The notes under the pieces: model-generated
The model's database searches: none
Told to the model about the DNA's origin: nothing
Seen by the model: only the letters and a program-made list of their open reading frames with translations
Assembly (NCBI GenBank): GCA_002748425.1
Contig: PDSJ01000010.1
Span: 123,643 to 187,642 of the forward strand
Length of the DNA: 64,000 nucleotides
Source of the DNA: a candidate division KSB3 bacterium
GTDB taxonomy: Bacteria > Moduliflexota > Moduliflexia > Moduliflexales > Moduliflexaceae
Reading direction: 5' to 3'
Shown here: piece by piece, positions 28,934-39,635 of the stretch
Numbering within the stretch: position 1 is the stretch's first letter
How the letters are laid out: the number at the start of each line of letters is the position of its first letter
Position numbers and translations under genes: made by a program

Positions 28934-30466
28934 CTATTTTCCAATCCCTGGGCGGACCATGGCAGGCAAAAGCATCGATTCAGCGTCAGAAGAAGTCTGG
29001 GAATGACCGATATTACGTTCAAGCGCAAAAATTGCGCCGGCCAGGATCCAAAGCCCTCCTGCGATTTCAATGACGGCAAGAGAATCGACAAAGAGATACC
29101 CTGAAACAGCAGAACACATTCCAGATAAGAGTGTGAGCATAACAATCTGCTCATCTTTTCCCGGCCGCAATTCGGCAGGCTGTTTCAACACGCTCAGTCC
29201 GCTTCGCATGGTGACGATCAACATGCCCAGAAAAGGAATGAAACCCAACAGTCCCATTTCCGCTAAAATTTTAAGAAATTGATTATGGGGCGACAGGCTG
29301 AAAAATCCTACGGTTCTCGTTCCCCAGAAAAGATCGTAGCCTATGCCTGACAGAGGATGCTCTACGAAGGTCTGAATGGCCTGAAGAGCGGCATTTTTGC
29401 GTAAAGAATCACTGACGGCTCTCGTGTGGTATAAGGCCTGATACAGGCTGTTTCCCTGATAGGAGGAAAGTCTTGTACGCATGTACAGATCGTAGGAATT
29501 GACGGCCAGAACCAGAATCGCCGTGATGAGGAGCAGCGGCAGAAATGATTTCCATGTCCATTTTTTGTGAGAGAGCTTTGTGTAGTACAGGTATGCAATC
29601 ACAATCACGCTCAAAAATAGCTGAACCGCTGCTCCGCGTGAAAACGATAAGATCAGAACCCAGACATGTAAGACGATTAGTGGAAGATACAAGAAATATC
29701 GCTGCCACAGATTCCGTGCTCTCCACATGAAAGATACCAGGGCGATCGAGAGCATAATGACAATAAATCCTCCTAATTCGTTCGGGTTCGAGAAGATCGA
29801 TGTCGCCCGGCCGTAAAAGCGAAGTTCAGGATCAAACAGAAAACTCAGCAGAGGAGGAGCTTCGCCCTGATAATATTGCAGGATTCCCAACAGCGCGACA
29901 ACGGCTGACACCATCAGCATCACATTGAGCAGCACTCGAATATGATGAGTCGTGTTTAATGAAAAATAACTGATGTAGCTCAGTAGAATCTCTTCAATAA
30001 TCCGAAGGGCAAAAAAAAGCACAGTGGCTTTTAACATTGTCGGGGTGACCAGACTCGTTGTCCCGAGCGCTGCTGCAGTTTTAACAAGCGACGCCGCAAG
30101 AGACGCAAAGAAGAACGCGGTGAATTTGGTAAAAAGCGACAGATTGCGAGTGATACCGTATTGAAATCGCTTGCCCAGTCCCTGAAGAAGAATATACGCG
30201 AAGGCCGCCCAAATCATGGCACGCTTCATGTAGAGCAGCGATACAATATGGACGTCCCGAAACGGAAGCGCCGCAGCGATGACCACGATGACGAATTCAG
30301 GTTTTTTCACAAAGAACGGCAACGCACACGCTGAAAGGAGCAGGCCAGTGCTTATCAGCAGCGGGGAACGGTTATAGAGCCTGACAACGAACAGCGCCGC
30401 CAAGACTGTCAGCAGAAACTCGAGCTGCTGTCGTGAGACCTTGTTTTTTATCCAAAGGCTTGTCAT
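28934..30466 (-). CDS. O-antigen ligase/polymerase family membrane protein (Wzy/WaaL-like)
   Basis: About 12 transmembrane segments with the O-antigen-ligase-type loop LSFSRGAAVQLFL. 4-nt overlap with the downstream GT4 gene. Confidence 0.6.
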   Translation of the reverse strand: MTSLWIKNKVSRQQLEFLLTVLAALFVVRLYNRSPLLISTGLLLSACALPFFVKKPEFVIVVIAAALPFRDVHIVSLLYMKRAMIWAAFAYILLQGLGKRFQYGITRNLSLFTKFTAFFFASLAASLVKTAAALGTTSLVTPTMLKATVLFFALRIIEEILLSYISYFSLNTTHHIRVLLNVMLMVSAVVALLGILQYYQGEAPPLLSFLFDPELRFYGRATSIFSNPNELGGFIVIMLSIALVSFMWRARNLWQRYFLYLPLIVLHVWVLILSFSRGAAVQLFLSVIVIAYLYYTKLSHKKWTWKSFLPLLLITAILVLAVNSYDLYMRTRLSSYQGNSLYQALYHTRAVSDSLRKNAALQAIQTFVEHPLSGIGYDLFWGTRTVGFFSLSPHNQFLKILAEMGLLGFIPFLGMLIVTMRSGLSVLKQPAELRPGKDEQIVMLTLLSGMCSAVSGYLFVDSLAVIEIAGGLWILAGAIFALERNIGHSQTSSDAESMLLPAMVRPGIGK

Positions 30467-31644
30467 GATGCGCTGAGACTACAGTACAATTTTTCGAATT
30501 TGTCAATCATCTTTTCCATGGAAAAATATTCTTTGACGCGTTTTACCGCATTTTCCCGACATCTGGAAGCAAATGCAGGAGCGTTCAAAAAGCGCAGGAT
30601 CGCCTGAGAAAGGGCCTGGGGGTCTTTAGGTGGGATCAAGAGCCCGGTCTCATTGTCGAGAATCGCTTCCGGCGTCCCTCCGACATGCGTTGCCACAAGA
30701 GCTTTGCCAGAAGACATGCCTTCCAAAATGACATTTGAGAAGCCTTCCTCATACGAGGCTGACACTTGAATATCGATAAGCTGGAGCCAGTCCTCCACGT
30801 TCGTTACTCCCCCAACAAGCTTGACATGCTGTTGAAGAGCATAGTTCTCGATCAAGGCCTGTAATTCTTGCTCCATGTTGCCCTCCCGCCCGATACATAA
30901 AAAGCGGGCATCAGGATAGTGCTGCCGGACTTCCGAAGCTGCAATGATAAATTCCCGATGACCTTTATATCGGTATAAATTTGCAATGATGCCGATCACC
31001 GGAGCGTGATCAGGGATGCCAAGTTCACGTTTTTTATGTGTGACAAAAGCGCGATTGGAGGCCTGCGGGGCATAGCGTTCGATGTCAACTCCATTATAAA
31101 TCAGCTCAATTTTTTCGTCAGAGATGCGCTCCCGCGCCAGAACATCATCCCGTAATGCCAGCGAATTCACGAGTACGCGGTCGCTGAAACGATTGACGCT
31201 GTTCTCAAGCATTTGAAGCAGAGCTTTGCCATCTTTAAAATATCCCAGACAGCGTCGACTTGTAATGATATGCGCGCAGCCCGACAACCTGGCCGCCCAT
31301 CCGCCGTAGACCGAAGGCGCAAACATATAGCAGTGGACAATGTCAGGCTGCTCCCGCCTCAAATATCGATACAAGGCTCCAAATTGCCGGATACGTCTGA
31401 AGGGGATTGGCGATGCGTTTTCGATGCTGGCGTTTCTCCTGTGAAATGCGTGAAACATCGTAAGATGAACCCCACGTTCCCGCGCCAGTGTCTCTAAAGG
31501 ACCTCCGCCGTGCAGACAATACAGCCGAGTTTCAAACAGATCCGGATGTACTCTTGAAGCGACTTCAATAATCTGGCGCTCTGCTCCTCCGGCATCCAAG
31601 GTTCCAATGAGATAGACGATTTTCTGTTTTCGAGACCTATTCAT
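30463..31644 (-). CDS. Glycosyltransferase family 4 (GT-B)
   Basis: N-terminal GGAERQ. C-terminal EGFSNVILEGMSSGKALVATHVGGTPE (E-x7-E). Confidence 0.85.
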   Translation of the reverse strand: MNRSRKQKIVYLIGTLDAGGAERQIIEVASRVHPDLFETRLYCLHGGGPLETLARERGVHLTMFHAFHRRNASIENASPIPFRRIRQFGALYRYLRREQPDIVHCYMFAPSVYGGWAARLSGCAHIITSRRCLGYFKDGKALLQMLENSVNRFSDRVLVNSLALRDDVLARERISDEKIELIYNGVDIERYAPQASNRAFVTHKKRELGIPDHAPVIGIIANLYRYKGHREFIIAASEVRQHYPDARFLCIGREGNMEQELQALIENYALQQHVKLVGGVTNVEDWLQLIDIQVSASYEEGFSNVILEGMSSGKALVATHVGGTPEAILDNETGLLIPPKDPQALSQAILRFLNAPAFASRCRENAVKRVKEYFSMEKMIDKFEKLYCSLSAS

Positions 31645-31653
31645 TCTTTGCTT

Positions 31654-32832
31654 TCAGGAAAATTTTGTGGAGCGCTGGGCTGTCACCGTTTCCACATACA
31701 GCTCCTCCAGCTTAGTTATCATGAGAGTGATGTTGAAATGTATCTGTGCTCGTTCCCGGGCGGCTTTTCCCAGCTGGTGACGCAGGGATTCATGACGGAG
31801 CAGCTGAAGAATTGCCCGGGACAATAATTCCGGATTGTCGGGCGGGATCAGGATCCCGCTGCGTCCATCAACAATCAATTCCGGGCTTCCCCCGACATCA
31901 GTCGCAATGATGGCTCTGCCTGAAGCCATTCCTTCCAGAATGGCATTCGACAGGCTCTCTGTCCGTGATGAGGACACATGTACATCAATGATTGAAAGTA
32001 GTTCAGGAATATCATCCCGTTCACCTGTGAATATAACAGAGTCTTCTATTTGCAATCTCTCGGCAAGCTGTTCTAATTCGTGACGCATCCCCGCATCACG
32101 ACCGATAATCAGAAATAGCGTCTCCGGGCAGGTGCGCAGTACGGCAACAGCAGCCTTCAAGAATGTATCGATGCCTTTACAGGCATGTAAATTGGCAAGG
32201 ACCCCGACCACATATTTTTTTTCACGAACTTTGTGCTGCTGCAGAAACTTTTCCTTATTCAAGGCCGCCGTCGTATATTTCCCGAGTTCAATGCCGTTCT
32301 GGATCGTAAGTATCTTACGGGCATTGAGAAATCGCTCTTGCGCAAGACATTGCTCTCTCGTCTTTTGCGAGTTAGCCAGCACTTTTGCGGCAAGCGCATT
32401 TGAAAGAAAGAGCAGCCAGCGGTAGTGCGGTTTGAGTGACGAGACGTCAACGAGTTCCCTCCTGCCGGTAATGATGATAGGAACGCCGGCGAATCTGGCA
32501 GCCAGCGCGGCGTAAATATTGGCCCAGAAGAGGTAGCTTTGCACAATGTCGGGCTTTTCGCGGCGTATGTGCCCGGTCAACTGTCGAAGAAACGTTATCA
32601 GTTCAACGTACGAGCCGGCATGATATTTTCCTGTCAAGCCGGAGAATTCCAGCCGGGTCACAGGCACGTTCAGGGCCTGAATGTCTTCACGCAGTTTGCC
32701 GTCGCGCGAAAATGCCGTTACCCGCAGCTCGAAGCGCTCTCGGTTCAGCCGGCGTAATGTTTCGACAAATTGCCGTTCGGTTCCTCCGATATCGAGGGTA
32801 CCCAGGACAAAAAGAATTTTAATTTTTTGCAT
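31654..32832 (-). CDS. Glycosyltransferase family 4 (GT-B)
   Basis: IGGTERQ and ESLSNAILEGMASGRAIIATDVGGSPE. Internal ATG at 32832 preferred; the 32919 start would overlap the upstream gene by 70 nt. Confidence 0.8.
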   Translation of the reverse strand: MQKIKILFVLGTLDIGGTERQFVETLRRLNRERFELRVTAFSRDGKLREDIQALNVPVTRLEFSGLTGKYHAGSYVELITFLRQLTGHIRREKPDIVQSYLFWANIYAALAARFAGVPIIITGRRELVDVSSLKPHYRWLLFLSNALAAKVLANSQKTREQCLAQERFLNARKILTIQNGIELGKYTTAALNKEKFLQQHKVREKKYVVGVLANLHACKGIDTFLKAAVAVLRTCPETLFLIIGRDAGMRHELEQLAERLQIEDSVIFTGERDDIPELLSIIDVHVSSSRTESLSNAILEGMASGRAIIATDVGGSPELIVDGRSGILIPPDNPELLSRAILQLLRHESLRHQLGKAARERAQIHFNITLMITKLEELYVETVTAQRSTKFS

Positions 32833-32848
32833 ATGAAGCGCGTGAGAG

Positions 32849-34291
32849 CTAGAGGATTTTGTACACGTGAACGTCGGCATTGGAATAGACCAGCTCAAAT
32901 GCTTCTTGCTGTCGCTCAACGAAATCGGCCACCTGCGCTGTATCTAATGTGCCGATGATAAAATATGCAGCTTCTATTTTGCGTAAAAAATCCCAAAGCT
33001 CTGCATCGCTGTGAACGTCATGGGAATACGAGGCTTTTCTCCCGGTAAACAGGGCCAGAACACGAGGTTTGCGAAAGAAAAACACATCATTTTGGTCCGT
33101 ATGCGCCTTGATATACGCAAAAAGCTCGACATTTTCTTTTTTAGCAACTCCCTCGCGTATCGGGCCGTAATCCATTGTGGAATACTGAGCCGCATAGACA
33201 GCGAACGCGGCAACAAGGAGCGCGGCAAGACTCCATTTGGCCGCACGGGGTGTGCCCAGGGAATGATGGAGATACTGAATCGCCCAAGATATATAGAAGA
33301 CATAGAGGGGAAGGAGCGGAATTACATAGCGCATCTGGCCGAAAGGAAAAATAATAATGGCTGCGATATAGAAAACGCTAAAAATTTCCAGAATTCCCAG
33401 CGTTTTTTTCACGCGTATTCCATACGCAAAGCAAGCTGCTATCGTTGTTACGGTGAACAGAACGTGGCGGGCGGAATGGCTGTAGCCGTTATTCCAGAAC
33501 AGGGAAAGACGTTTCGTGTATAAGACTGCATTCTGAAGACTGCTTTGAAGATTAATCTGCATGAATTGATCGATATAGCTTCGATCGCTGTGAAAAAAGA
33601 GCGCTTGCAAGACGATCAAGATACCTGTAATAAGCGAAGTTGTCACGGCAAAAGCAGAGATTCGACGTCTTTGGATCACGTCGCAGACAAGAAGACTCAC
33701 AAGCAAAATAAGCCCCAGACTCCTTGTGCCATACGCTGAATAGATGGTCAAGCCAAGACACAGTGTGGAGATCTTGCGAGGCGCACGGGTGCTTTGATAG
33801 GTCTTCTGGATCAGGAAAAGACCAAGATACACGAAACACAGAAAAGGAATATCCGAGAGAATTTCATCTTTCATCTCCCAGAAATAGGGATGAAAAGCGA
33901 GGAGGCTCAGTGCTGTGATGAGATATGGAAAAGATAATTCATCTCGAAAAGTGAGATATACACACCACAATGCAAGAAGAAAAAAAAGTATGACAGAATA
34001 TTTCATGGGGGTCAGGTTGAAGCCGAAGACGTAATAGCTTGGTACTAATATCAGAGGGAAGACCGGAGGAAAGGTTTCAGGCCCCAGGGTTGCGTAGCAG
34101 GGATTATAGATATAACCGGTTTGGTGATAGGCACGTCCTTCGACAAGATTTTTGGCGTGATGGATATATTGACTGAAGTCACCTCCCCAGGGATGCCCTG
34201 CTCTCAGGGTCGATCCGTACACGATGCCGACAAGCACCATGATGGCCAGCACACACGATTTTGCTCTAGGTGATGTGGTTGATATAGACAT
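32849..34291 (-). CDS. Polytopic membrane protein, putative GT-C-type glycosyltransferase (ArnT/PMT-like)
   Basis: More than 10 transmembrane helices. Likely start at MSISTTSPRAK, directly adjacent to the upstream stop. Confidence 0.45.
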   Translation of the reverse strand: MSISTTSPRAKSCVLAIMVLVGIVYGSTLRAGHPWGGDFSQYIHHAKNLVEGRAYHQTGYIYNPCYATLGPETFPPVFPLILVPSYYVFGFNLTPMKYSVILFFLLALWCVYLTFRDELSFPYLITALSLLAFHPYFWEMKDEILSDIPFLCFVYLGLFLIQKTYQSTRAPRKISTLCLGLTIYSAYGTRSLGLILLVSLLVCDVIQRRRISAFAVTTSLITGILIVLQALFFHSDRSYIDQFMQINLQSSLQNAVLYTKRLSLFWNNGYSHSARHVLFTVTTIAACFAYGIRVKKTLGILEIFSVFYIAAIIIFPFGQMRYVIPLLPLYVFYISWAIQYLHHSLGTPRAAKWSLAALLVAAFAVYAAQYSTMDYGPIREGVAKKENVELFAYIKAHTDQNDVFFFRKPRVLALFTGRKASYSHDVHSDAELWDFLRKIEAAYFIIGTLDTAQVADFVERQQEAFELVYSNADVHVYKIL

Positions 34292-34292
34292 A

Positions 34293-35663
34293 TTACTGTT
34301 GTGAAACAGGGGCTGAAAGTTTTTTGTATAATAAAGACAATAAGATCGCTGTTGTGAGTGCATATACGACGGATGTCGCTGCCGCAATGCCGATATGCCC
34401 CCACAATTTCATGAAACACCAGTTACAGAAGATATTGAATCCCACACTGAGAGCTGAAACATACATCAAGATTGTGTTCTTTTGTAACGCATTGTAGACC
34501 CTGGCTGTCAGAATTCCTGTCGCCTGAAACGGCAGCCCCAGACTATACGCAATCCAGGCTCCTGAAGTCGAAAGTGTCGATATTTCGGAGAACTCCCCGC
34601 GCTGGAAAATCACCTGGATCGCAGATCGGCCTCCCAAAAGAATTGAAACGCTCAACGGTAGCAATATCCACCAGATCCGTTTCAGGGTAAGAAGAAACGT
34701 ATGCCGCAGGCCCTGCATATCGTTATCGGCAGCCTGCTTTGCAAAGAACGGCAGCACAGCCGTCGAGAGCACCATGATGAAAAGTTGATTCACAAGGCTG
34801 TGCAGTCTGGATGCATAGTTTAATGCCGCAATACTTCCGGGTGCAAGAGTGGAGGCCATCATTTGATCGATCACGAGATTAATATGTCCAAACGAGGCGC
34901 CTATGAGCAGCGGAAGCATCAGAAAAACGCCTCGTTTCAGGTCAGCGTTCGACCAGGCAAGCAGAGCTGTATTTCGGGGAAACAAGCGCGTGAATGCAAG
35001 AGTGAGCATGACGATCGTCTGCAGCAGCAGGCCCAGCACAAGCCCCCACATCAGGGCAATAACGCCCTGCTCGTGAAAATACATAAGATAGATGAGTGAC
35101 AGCACACCGTTTAGAAAAGGCAGCAGGGATGGCAAAGCAAAATGTTTATGGATATGAAAGACGCAGAGAGCGATCTCATTGAGAAGAGTCAGGATGACGA
35201 GAATCGTTGAAATGCTAAGGAGCGATGAAGTGAATTCTTGTTGGGCAGCGGTAAATCCTTTCCCGAGCAGCGAAGCTACCGCCCGGCTCCCGATCCCTAA
35301 AAAGGCTGTCAGAACGAGAACCAGCAGCAGGGTCCCGAGGCTGAACGTGATAAAGACGGAAAAAGCGTATGCCTCACCTCGCTCTTTCGAGATTTTGATG
35401 ACGTGGGGAATAAGTGTCGCGTGCAGTGCGCTGACGAGGATGCCTGTAATTAACAACATCGGAGTCAAAGAAATAAAGTACGCGTCAAGCCAGGCCGACG
35501 TTCCGTAATATCGCGCAATGAGGAGGGATTTGACAAAACTTGCCGAATTGGCGAGCAGGGTCCCTGCGGCAAGCACTAAGCCCGCTTTTTGAATTCGCTG
35601 AACGTTTTGCAGAAAAGATGCCTTTTCCATCATCATACACACTTGAGCGGCATCGCCTGACAA
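34293..35663 (-). CDS. MOP-superfamily oligosaccharide flippase (MurJ/MviN/Wzx-like)
   Basis: SFVKSLLIARYYGTSAWLDAYFISLTPMLLI resembles the MurJ N-terminal signature. 12-14 transmembrane helices. Confidence 0.65.
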   Translation of the reverse strand: MSGDAAQVCMMMEKASFLQNVQRIQKAGLVLAAGTLLANSASFVKSLLIARYYGTSAWLDAYFISLTPMLLITGILVSALHATLIPHVIKISKERGEAYAFSVFITFSLGTLLLVLVLTAFLGIGSRAVASLLGKGFTAAQQEFTSSLLSISTILVILTLLNEIALCVFHIHKHFALPSLLPFLNGVLSLIYLMYFHEQGVIALMWGLVLGLLLQTIVMLTLAFTRLFPRNTALLAWSNADLKRGVFLMLPLLIGASFGHINLVIDQMMASTLAPGSIAALNYASRLHSLVNQLFIMVLSTAVLPFFAKQAADNDMQGLRHTFLLTLKRIWWILLPLSVSILLGGRSAIQVIFQRGEFSEISTLSTSGAWIAYSLGLPFQATGILTARVYNALQKNTILMYVSALSVGFNIFCNWCFMKLWGHIGIAAATSVVYALTTAILLSLLYKKLSAPVSQQ

Positions 35664-36902
35664 CTAATGTTTTTTCAAGACAAGGCGGATCATATATTCG
35701 CCTTGTTGAATTCCATTGTCAAGAGAGAGATCGCGCGTAGCATCCAGATTGAACACACTGCGGGCGGTCGGCGTATCATGATCGCCCATGATCTGCAGAT
35801 AATTCCCTGACGCCGAAGCGTTCCTTACTCTGACGTACACGTGTATGGCACGTTTGCCGTGCAACAGTGATATGTCGATCGGGATCTCGTTCCAGGCCGG
35901 CTCGTGGGGGATCGAATGCGTCAGGGGTTGAATGAGCTCTTTGTTGACATAAATATCGGTGATGCAGTCGCCGGGGACCCCGCGATTCATCAGAATCTGC
36001 AGGACGGCTTCATCATAAGAGGCAACATCATCGGGCAGGCAAAGAGTTTTTTTGATTCGTGTGTCTTCAGAGGCCAGATAGCTCCGCCAGTCAGCGGAGC
36101 CGTCGTCATGGCCTAACACAAGAACACGACGATCTGGTGAGCGCTGCAGGACATCGGCAGCATCACAAGATGCTGGAGAAGCTGCTCTTTGCATTTCAAG
36201 ATCGCTGGCATAATCGAGATGATGCTGATACAAAAATTTTGAAAACTCATGAATCGCCTTCGGCGTGTCAGGCAAAAATCGCTTCAGGGTTTCATAGTCA
36301 GGATACCGCTCCCAGATGAGGTCAAAAATTGGGGACGTACTCTCCGGAGAGCGGCGGAGAAAGGACTGAATCAACTCTAGCGCGTGAGCCGGATCGTGCG
36401 GGTAGAGCCAGCTGGCGACGACTCCGCGCAAAAAGAGACTTCCGGGATATTTTTGTAGGGCGTATAAAAAATATTGCTGCGCTGGACACGCTTCAGGAGG
36501 CAGTGTGAAACAGTTGTGCTGTTCATCTTCAAGTCGCCCTAATTCGTAATAATTCCACGGATCTCCAGGATTCAGCATGATCGCCTGCCTGATCGAGGCT
36601 GCCGCGTGCTGCATCATGCGCTGCGATTCCTCAAGAGAGCTTTGTTCCGCGGAAAGCTGATGAAGAGCTGTTGCGAGTGTCTGGTGGTATTGAGGGTTGT
36701 GCGGGTCGAAACGTACTGCGCGGCGCAGTGTGTGAAGCGCGCGTTGAGCATGACTTGTTGAAATCCTGGAAAATTGCTGATGGTACAGCAGTGCGATCAC
36801 GGGCGGGACTGCGCGTGCGATATAGGACAGTAGCAGTATCCCGAAAAGCCCCAGAATGAGAGCATAACGTGTCGGCGATATGATGAAATCCCGTTTTTTC
36901 AT
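35664..36902 (-). CDS. Membrane-anchored hypothetical protein of the polysaccharide cluster
   Basis: N-terminal transmembrane helix YALILGLFGILLLSYIA, then a soluble domain. Gene boundaries are tightly packed. Confidence 0.5.
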   Translation of the reverse strand: MKKRDFIISPTRYALILGLFGILLLSYIARAVPPVIALLYHQQFSRISTSHAQRALHTLRRAVRFDPHNPQYHQTLATALHQLSAEQSSLEESQRMMQHAAASIRQAIMLNPGDPWNYYELGRLEDEQHNCFTLPPEACPAQQYFLYALQKYPGSLFLRGVVASWLYPHDPAHALELIQSFLRRSPESTSPIFDLIWERYPDYETLKRFLPDTPKAIHEFSKFLYQHHLDYASDLEMQRAASPASCDAADVLQRSPDRRVLVLGHDDGSADWRSYLASEDTRIKKTLCLPDDVASYDEAVLQILMNRGVPGDCITDIYVNKELIQPLTHSIPHEPAWNEIPIDISLLHGKRAIHVYVRVRNASASGNYLQIMGDHDTPTARSVFNLDATRDLSLDNGIQQGEYMIRLVLKKH

Positions 36903-38326
36903 TTCGGCGTTCGGCGATGAGAGTGGGCGGATACGGAACTGAGAGCCGCAATGACTGTGAACGAGAACGCATTGGATGGGAGGTGTAAATTAAAGTCAAT
37001 AAAACTATGCAGCAAAAGACAGCTCAGTCCGCTCAGGCCTCCGATCGTGAAAATAATTGCCCATCTCGCCTGACGTTGCATCCAGGCCCGTATAGTGCTG
37101 TGAAGAAAGAGCGCAAGGATGCAGAGCACAAGGAATGCGCCTATGGCTCCTGTTTCAGTCAGTAACTGCAGGTAATCGTTTTCAGCATGGTCGATGCGTA
37201 AATCCGACGGAAAACTCTGGCTCTGAGGATAGATATGCGGAAACGATCCCAGCCCGGTTCCAAAAATCGGAGACGCCCGGAACATGGAAAACGTGTCGTT
37301 CCAGATTTTGCGCCGAAGTTGAAAGGAGAAGTCTGAGTCAAGGTCAGCCAAGGTCTGTAAACGTGACGAGATCGATCCATGCCCCAGCAGAATTGCCGCG
37401 ACAAAGGCCGTCAGCAGGACAAGCAGGATAAGAGGGGCGCGTTTTCGGATTATGCGCCGGCTGTAGGCCAATGCCGTAAAAAAGAGCATTCCTGCGGCGA
37501 AACTCAGCAGACCTCCACGAGAACCACTGAGCAGGAGCGCACCGATCGTCAGCGCCGACAGAAATCCGATCAGCACCACTTTCATAAATTTTTCACTCAG
37601 AAAACGGAAACGCTTTTTTGCAGTCATCTGGCGGCGCTCCTCAAGCTGGAACACTAAGAGACTCAAGAGAAGCGGGATCGCCAGTTCCAGATACCCGGCA
37701 AAATGATTCTTATTCACGAAGCTTCCTGACAGTCCGAAGCTGTGCGTGTGGTGATGCAGGAAAATCTGCTGTCCACCTGACAAATAGTCCAAAAGGCCGT
37801 AAAAGGCTTCAACAACGCCGACAGCCGCGATCGTGTACATCAGTCGTTTTATTTGACGAGGAGAGCGGAGGTTATTCACGATCAGGAAAAATACACCTGT
37901 ATAAGCCATGAGCGTATGGAATCCTGTTTCCGTTGCATGCCGGGACATTGACACTGTGAGAGCATGTGGAACTTCTACCTGAATTGCTGACGCCGCATCG
38001 GCATAGAAGTGATATGCCGCCGGCGAGACGAAACGCAGCAACGCTGTCGGGAGCGGAATCATCTGGAAGACAACAAGCGCGCAAAAAGCAAGCAGCGGCA
38101 GAAGAAAAGACGGCACGATCAGGCGAAGACGATAATGAGCTGCATTAGTTCCAGGCGTAAGCAACACACGCCGTCGCTGTGAGAACATTTTTGCCAGCCA
38201 CACGAGCATCATCAATCCTACGGTAATTTCCATGAGGAAAACTGAACCGTCAAGCACTCCTCCGAAAGCCAAAGGCATATAGATCAACAGCATGATGATG
38301 CCGGCCTCGATCGTCTTATCATACAT
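36899..38326 (-). CDS. O-antigen ligase/polymerase family membrane protein (second Wzy-like gene)
   Basis: LSGSRGGLLSFAAGMLFF loop plus many transmembrane helices. Internal ATG at 38326 (MYDKTIEAG) preferred over 38680, because the first 118 aa of the long ORF are non-membrane low-complexity sequence. Confidence 0.55.
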   Translation of the reverse strand: MYDKTIEAGIIMLLIYMPLAFGGVLDGSVFLMEITVGLMMLVWLAKMFSQRRRVLLTPGTNAAHYRLRLIVPSFLLPLLAFCALVVFQMIPLPTALLRFVSPAAYHFYADAASAIQVEVPHALTVSMSRHATETGFHTLMAYTGVFFLIVNNLRSPRQIKRLMYTIAAVGVVEAFYGLLDYLSGGQQIFLHHHTHSFGLSGSFVNKNHFAGYLELAIPLLLSLLVFQLEERRQMTAKKRFRFLSEKFMKVVLIGFLSALTIGALLLSGSRGGLLSFAAGMLFFTALAYSRRIIRKRAPLILLVLLTAFVAAILLGHGSISSRLQTLADLDSDFSFQLRRKIWNDTFSMFRASPIFGTGLGSFPHIYPQSQSFPSDLRIDHAENDYLQLLTETGAIGAFLVLCILALFLHSTIRAWMQRQARWAIIFTIGGLSGLSCLLLHSFIDFNLHLPSNAFSFTVIAALSSVSAHSHRRTPK

Positions 38327-38690
38327 TAAGTTATCCGCTCTGTCGCTGGTATTGGTGGTTTCCTCATAGAGAGGCCGTCTGGGCGTGCACGGGGAAGACA
38401 AGAGTGCGCCCGGCGTTTTGGTCTTGTGCAAGCCAGGACCATGACGCTGTGCGGCCTGAATGTCAAGGAAAAACAGCGTACTGAATGCTTTTTGACGGAA
38501 CTGCCGGTGTCTCCCTGACGAAGACCGCTTTGTGGGGATTTTTCCCGGGAAGGAGAAACAAAAGATGTTTTGCACTTGACATAATTTGTCTCTTACAGCA
38601 AAAGTGTGCTGATTCGGTGACGCTTTCGGGCAGGGTGTTGCAGATTGGGATTTGAATATTGCATGCCCGATGTAAAGCACAAGAGGAGTT

Positions 38691-39632
38691 ATGAGTACAT
38701 TCGTATTGACCTTTCCGGGACAAGGCTCACAAGCCGTAGGTATGGGTAAAAATCTGGCCGAGACCTTTCCTGTTGCCAGACAACTGTTTCATGAAGCTGA
38801 TGAGGCCCTGGGTTTTCGCCTGTCAACGCTCTGCTTTGAAGGCCCTGAAAAAGACTTGCAGTTGACTGCGAACACGCAGCCTGCCATTCTCACCGTCAGC
38901 ATTGCCGCTTTAAGAGTTTTGCAGGAACGGATCGAGCTGGATGTCGCTGCTGTTGCCGGACACAGTCTGGGAGAGTATTCCGCGTTAGTCTGTGCCGACG
39001 CGCTCGATTTTGCCGATGCCGTGCGTATCGTTCGAAAACGTGGTGAGTTCATGCAGGATGCGGTGCCTCCTGGTGTCGGCACGATGGCCGCGATTATAGG
39101 TTTGGACCAGCATACAGTTGCAGAACTCTGCACGCAAAGCAGCCGCGCCGGGAACCTTGTAGAATTAGCGAACATCAATTCTCCCGGACAGTATGTTGTT
39201 TCCGGACATGTGGATGCCGTTACTAATGTTGTTGAACTGGCAAAGGAAGCCGGTGCCAGGCGGGCGCTGCTATTGCCGGTTAGTGCGCCGTTCCATTGCG
39301 AACTGATGAAACCGGCTGCAAATCGGCTGGAACAGGTTTTGAATGAGGTGACGTTCAACGATCTGAAGGTGCCTCTCGTCAATAACGCTGATGCGGCAAT
39401 CCTGACAAAGGGCGATGAACTGCGCACGTCGTTGCTGCGGCAGATGTATCGATCGGTGCAGTGGGTTCGTTCGATCGAGAGATTACTTCAGGACGGCGCT
39501 GACACATTTATTGAAGTCGGCCCTGGAAAAGTTCTGAGCGCTTTGCTGAGACGCATCGAGAAAAAGGCTGTTGCTTTGAATGTTTGTGATGTGAACACAC
39601 TGGAGCAGACTGTTGAGCGTATAAAAGGATAA
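38691..39632 (+). CDS. fabD: Malonyl CoA-acyl carrier protein transacylase
   Basis: GQGSQ and GHSLGEYSAL motifs. Confidence 0.9.
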   Translation: MSTFVLTFPGQGSQAVGMGKNLAETFPVARQLFHEADEALGFRLSTLCFEGPEKDLQLTANTQPAILTVSIAALRVLQERIELDVAAVAGHSLGEYSALVCADALDFADAVRIVRKRGEFMQDAVPPGVGTMAAIIGLDQHTVAELCTQSSRAGNLVELANINSPGQYVVSGHVDAVTNVVELAKEAGARRALLLPVSAPFHCELMKPAANRLEQVLNEVTFNDLKVPLVNNADAAILTKGDELRTSLLRQMYRSVQWVRSIERLLQDGADTFIEVGPGKVLSALLRRIEKKAVALNVCDVNTLEQTVERIKG

Positions 39633-39635
39633 GGC

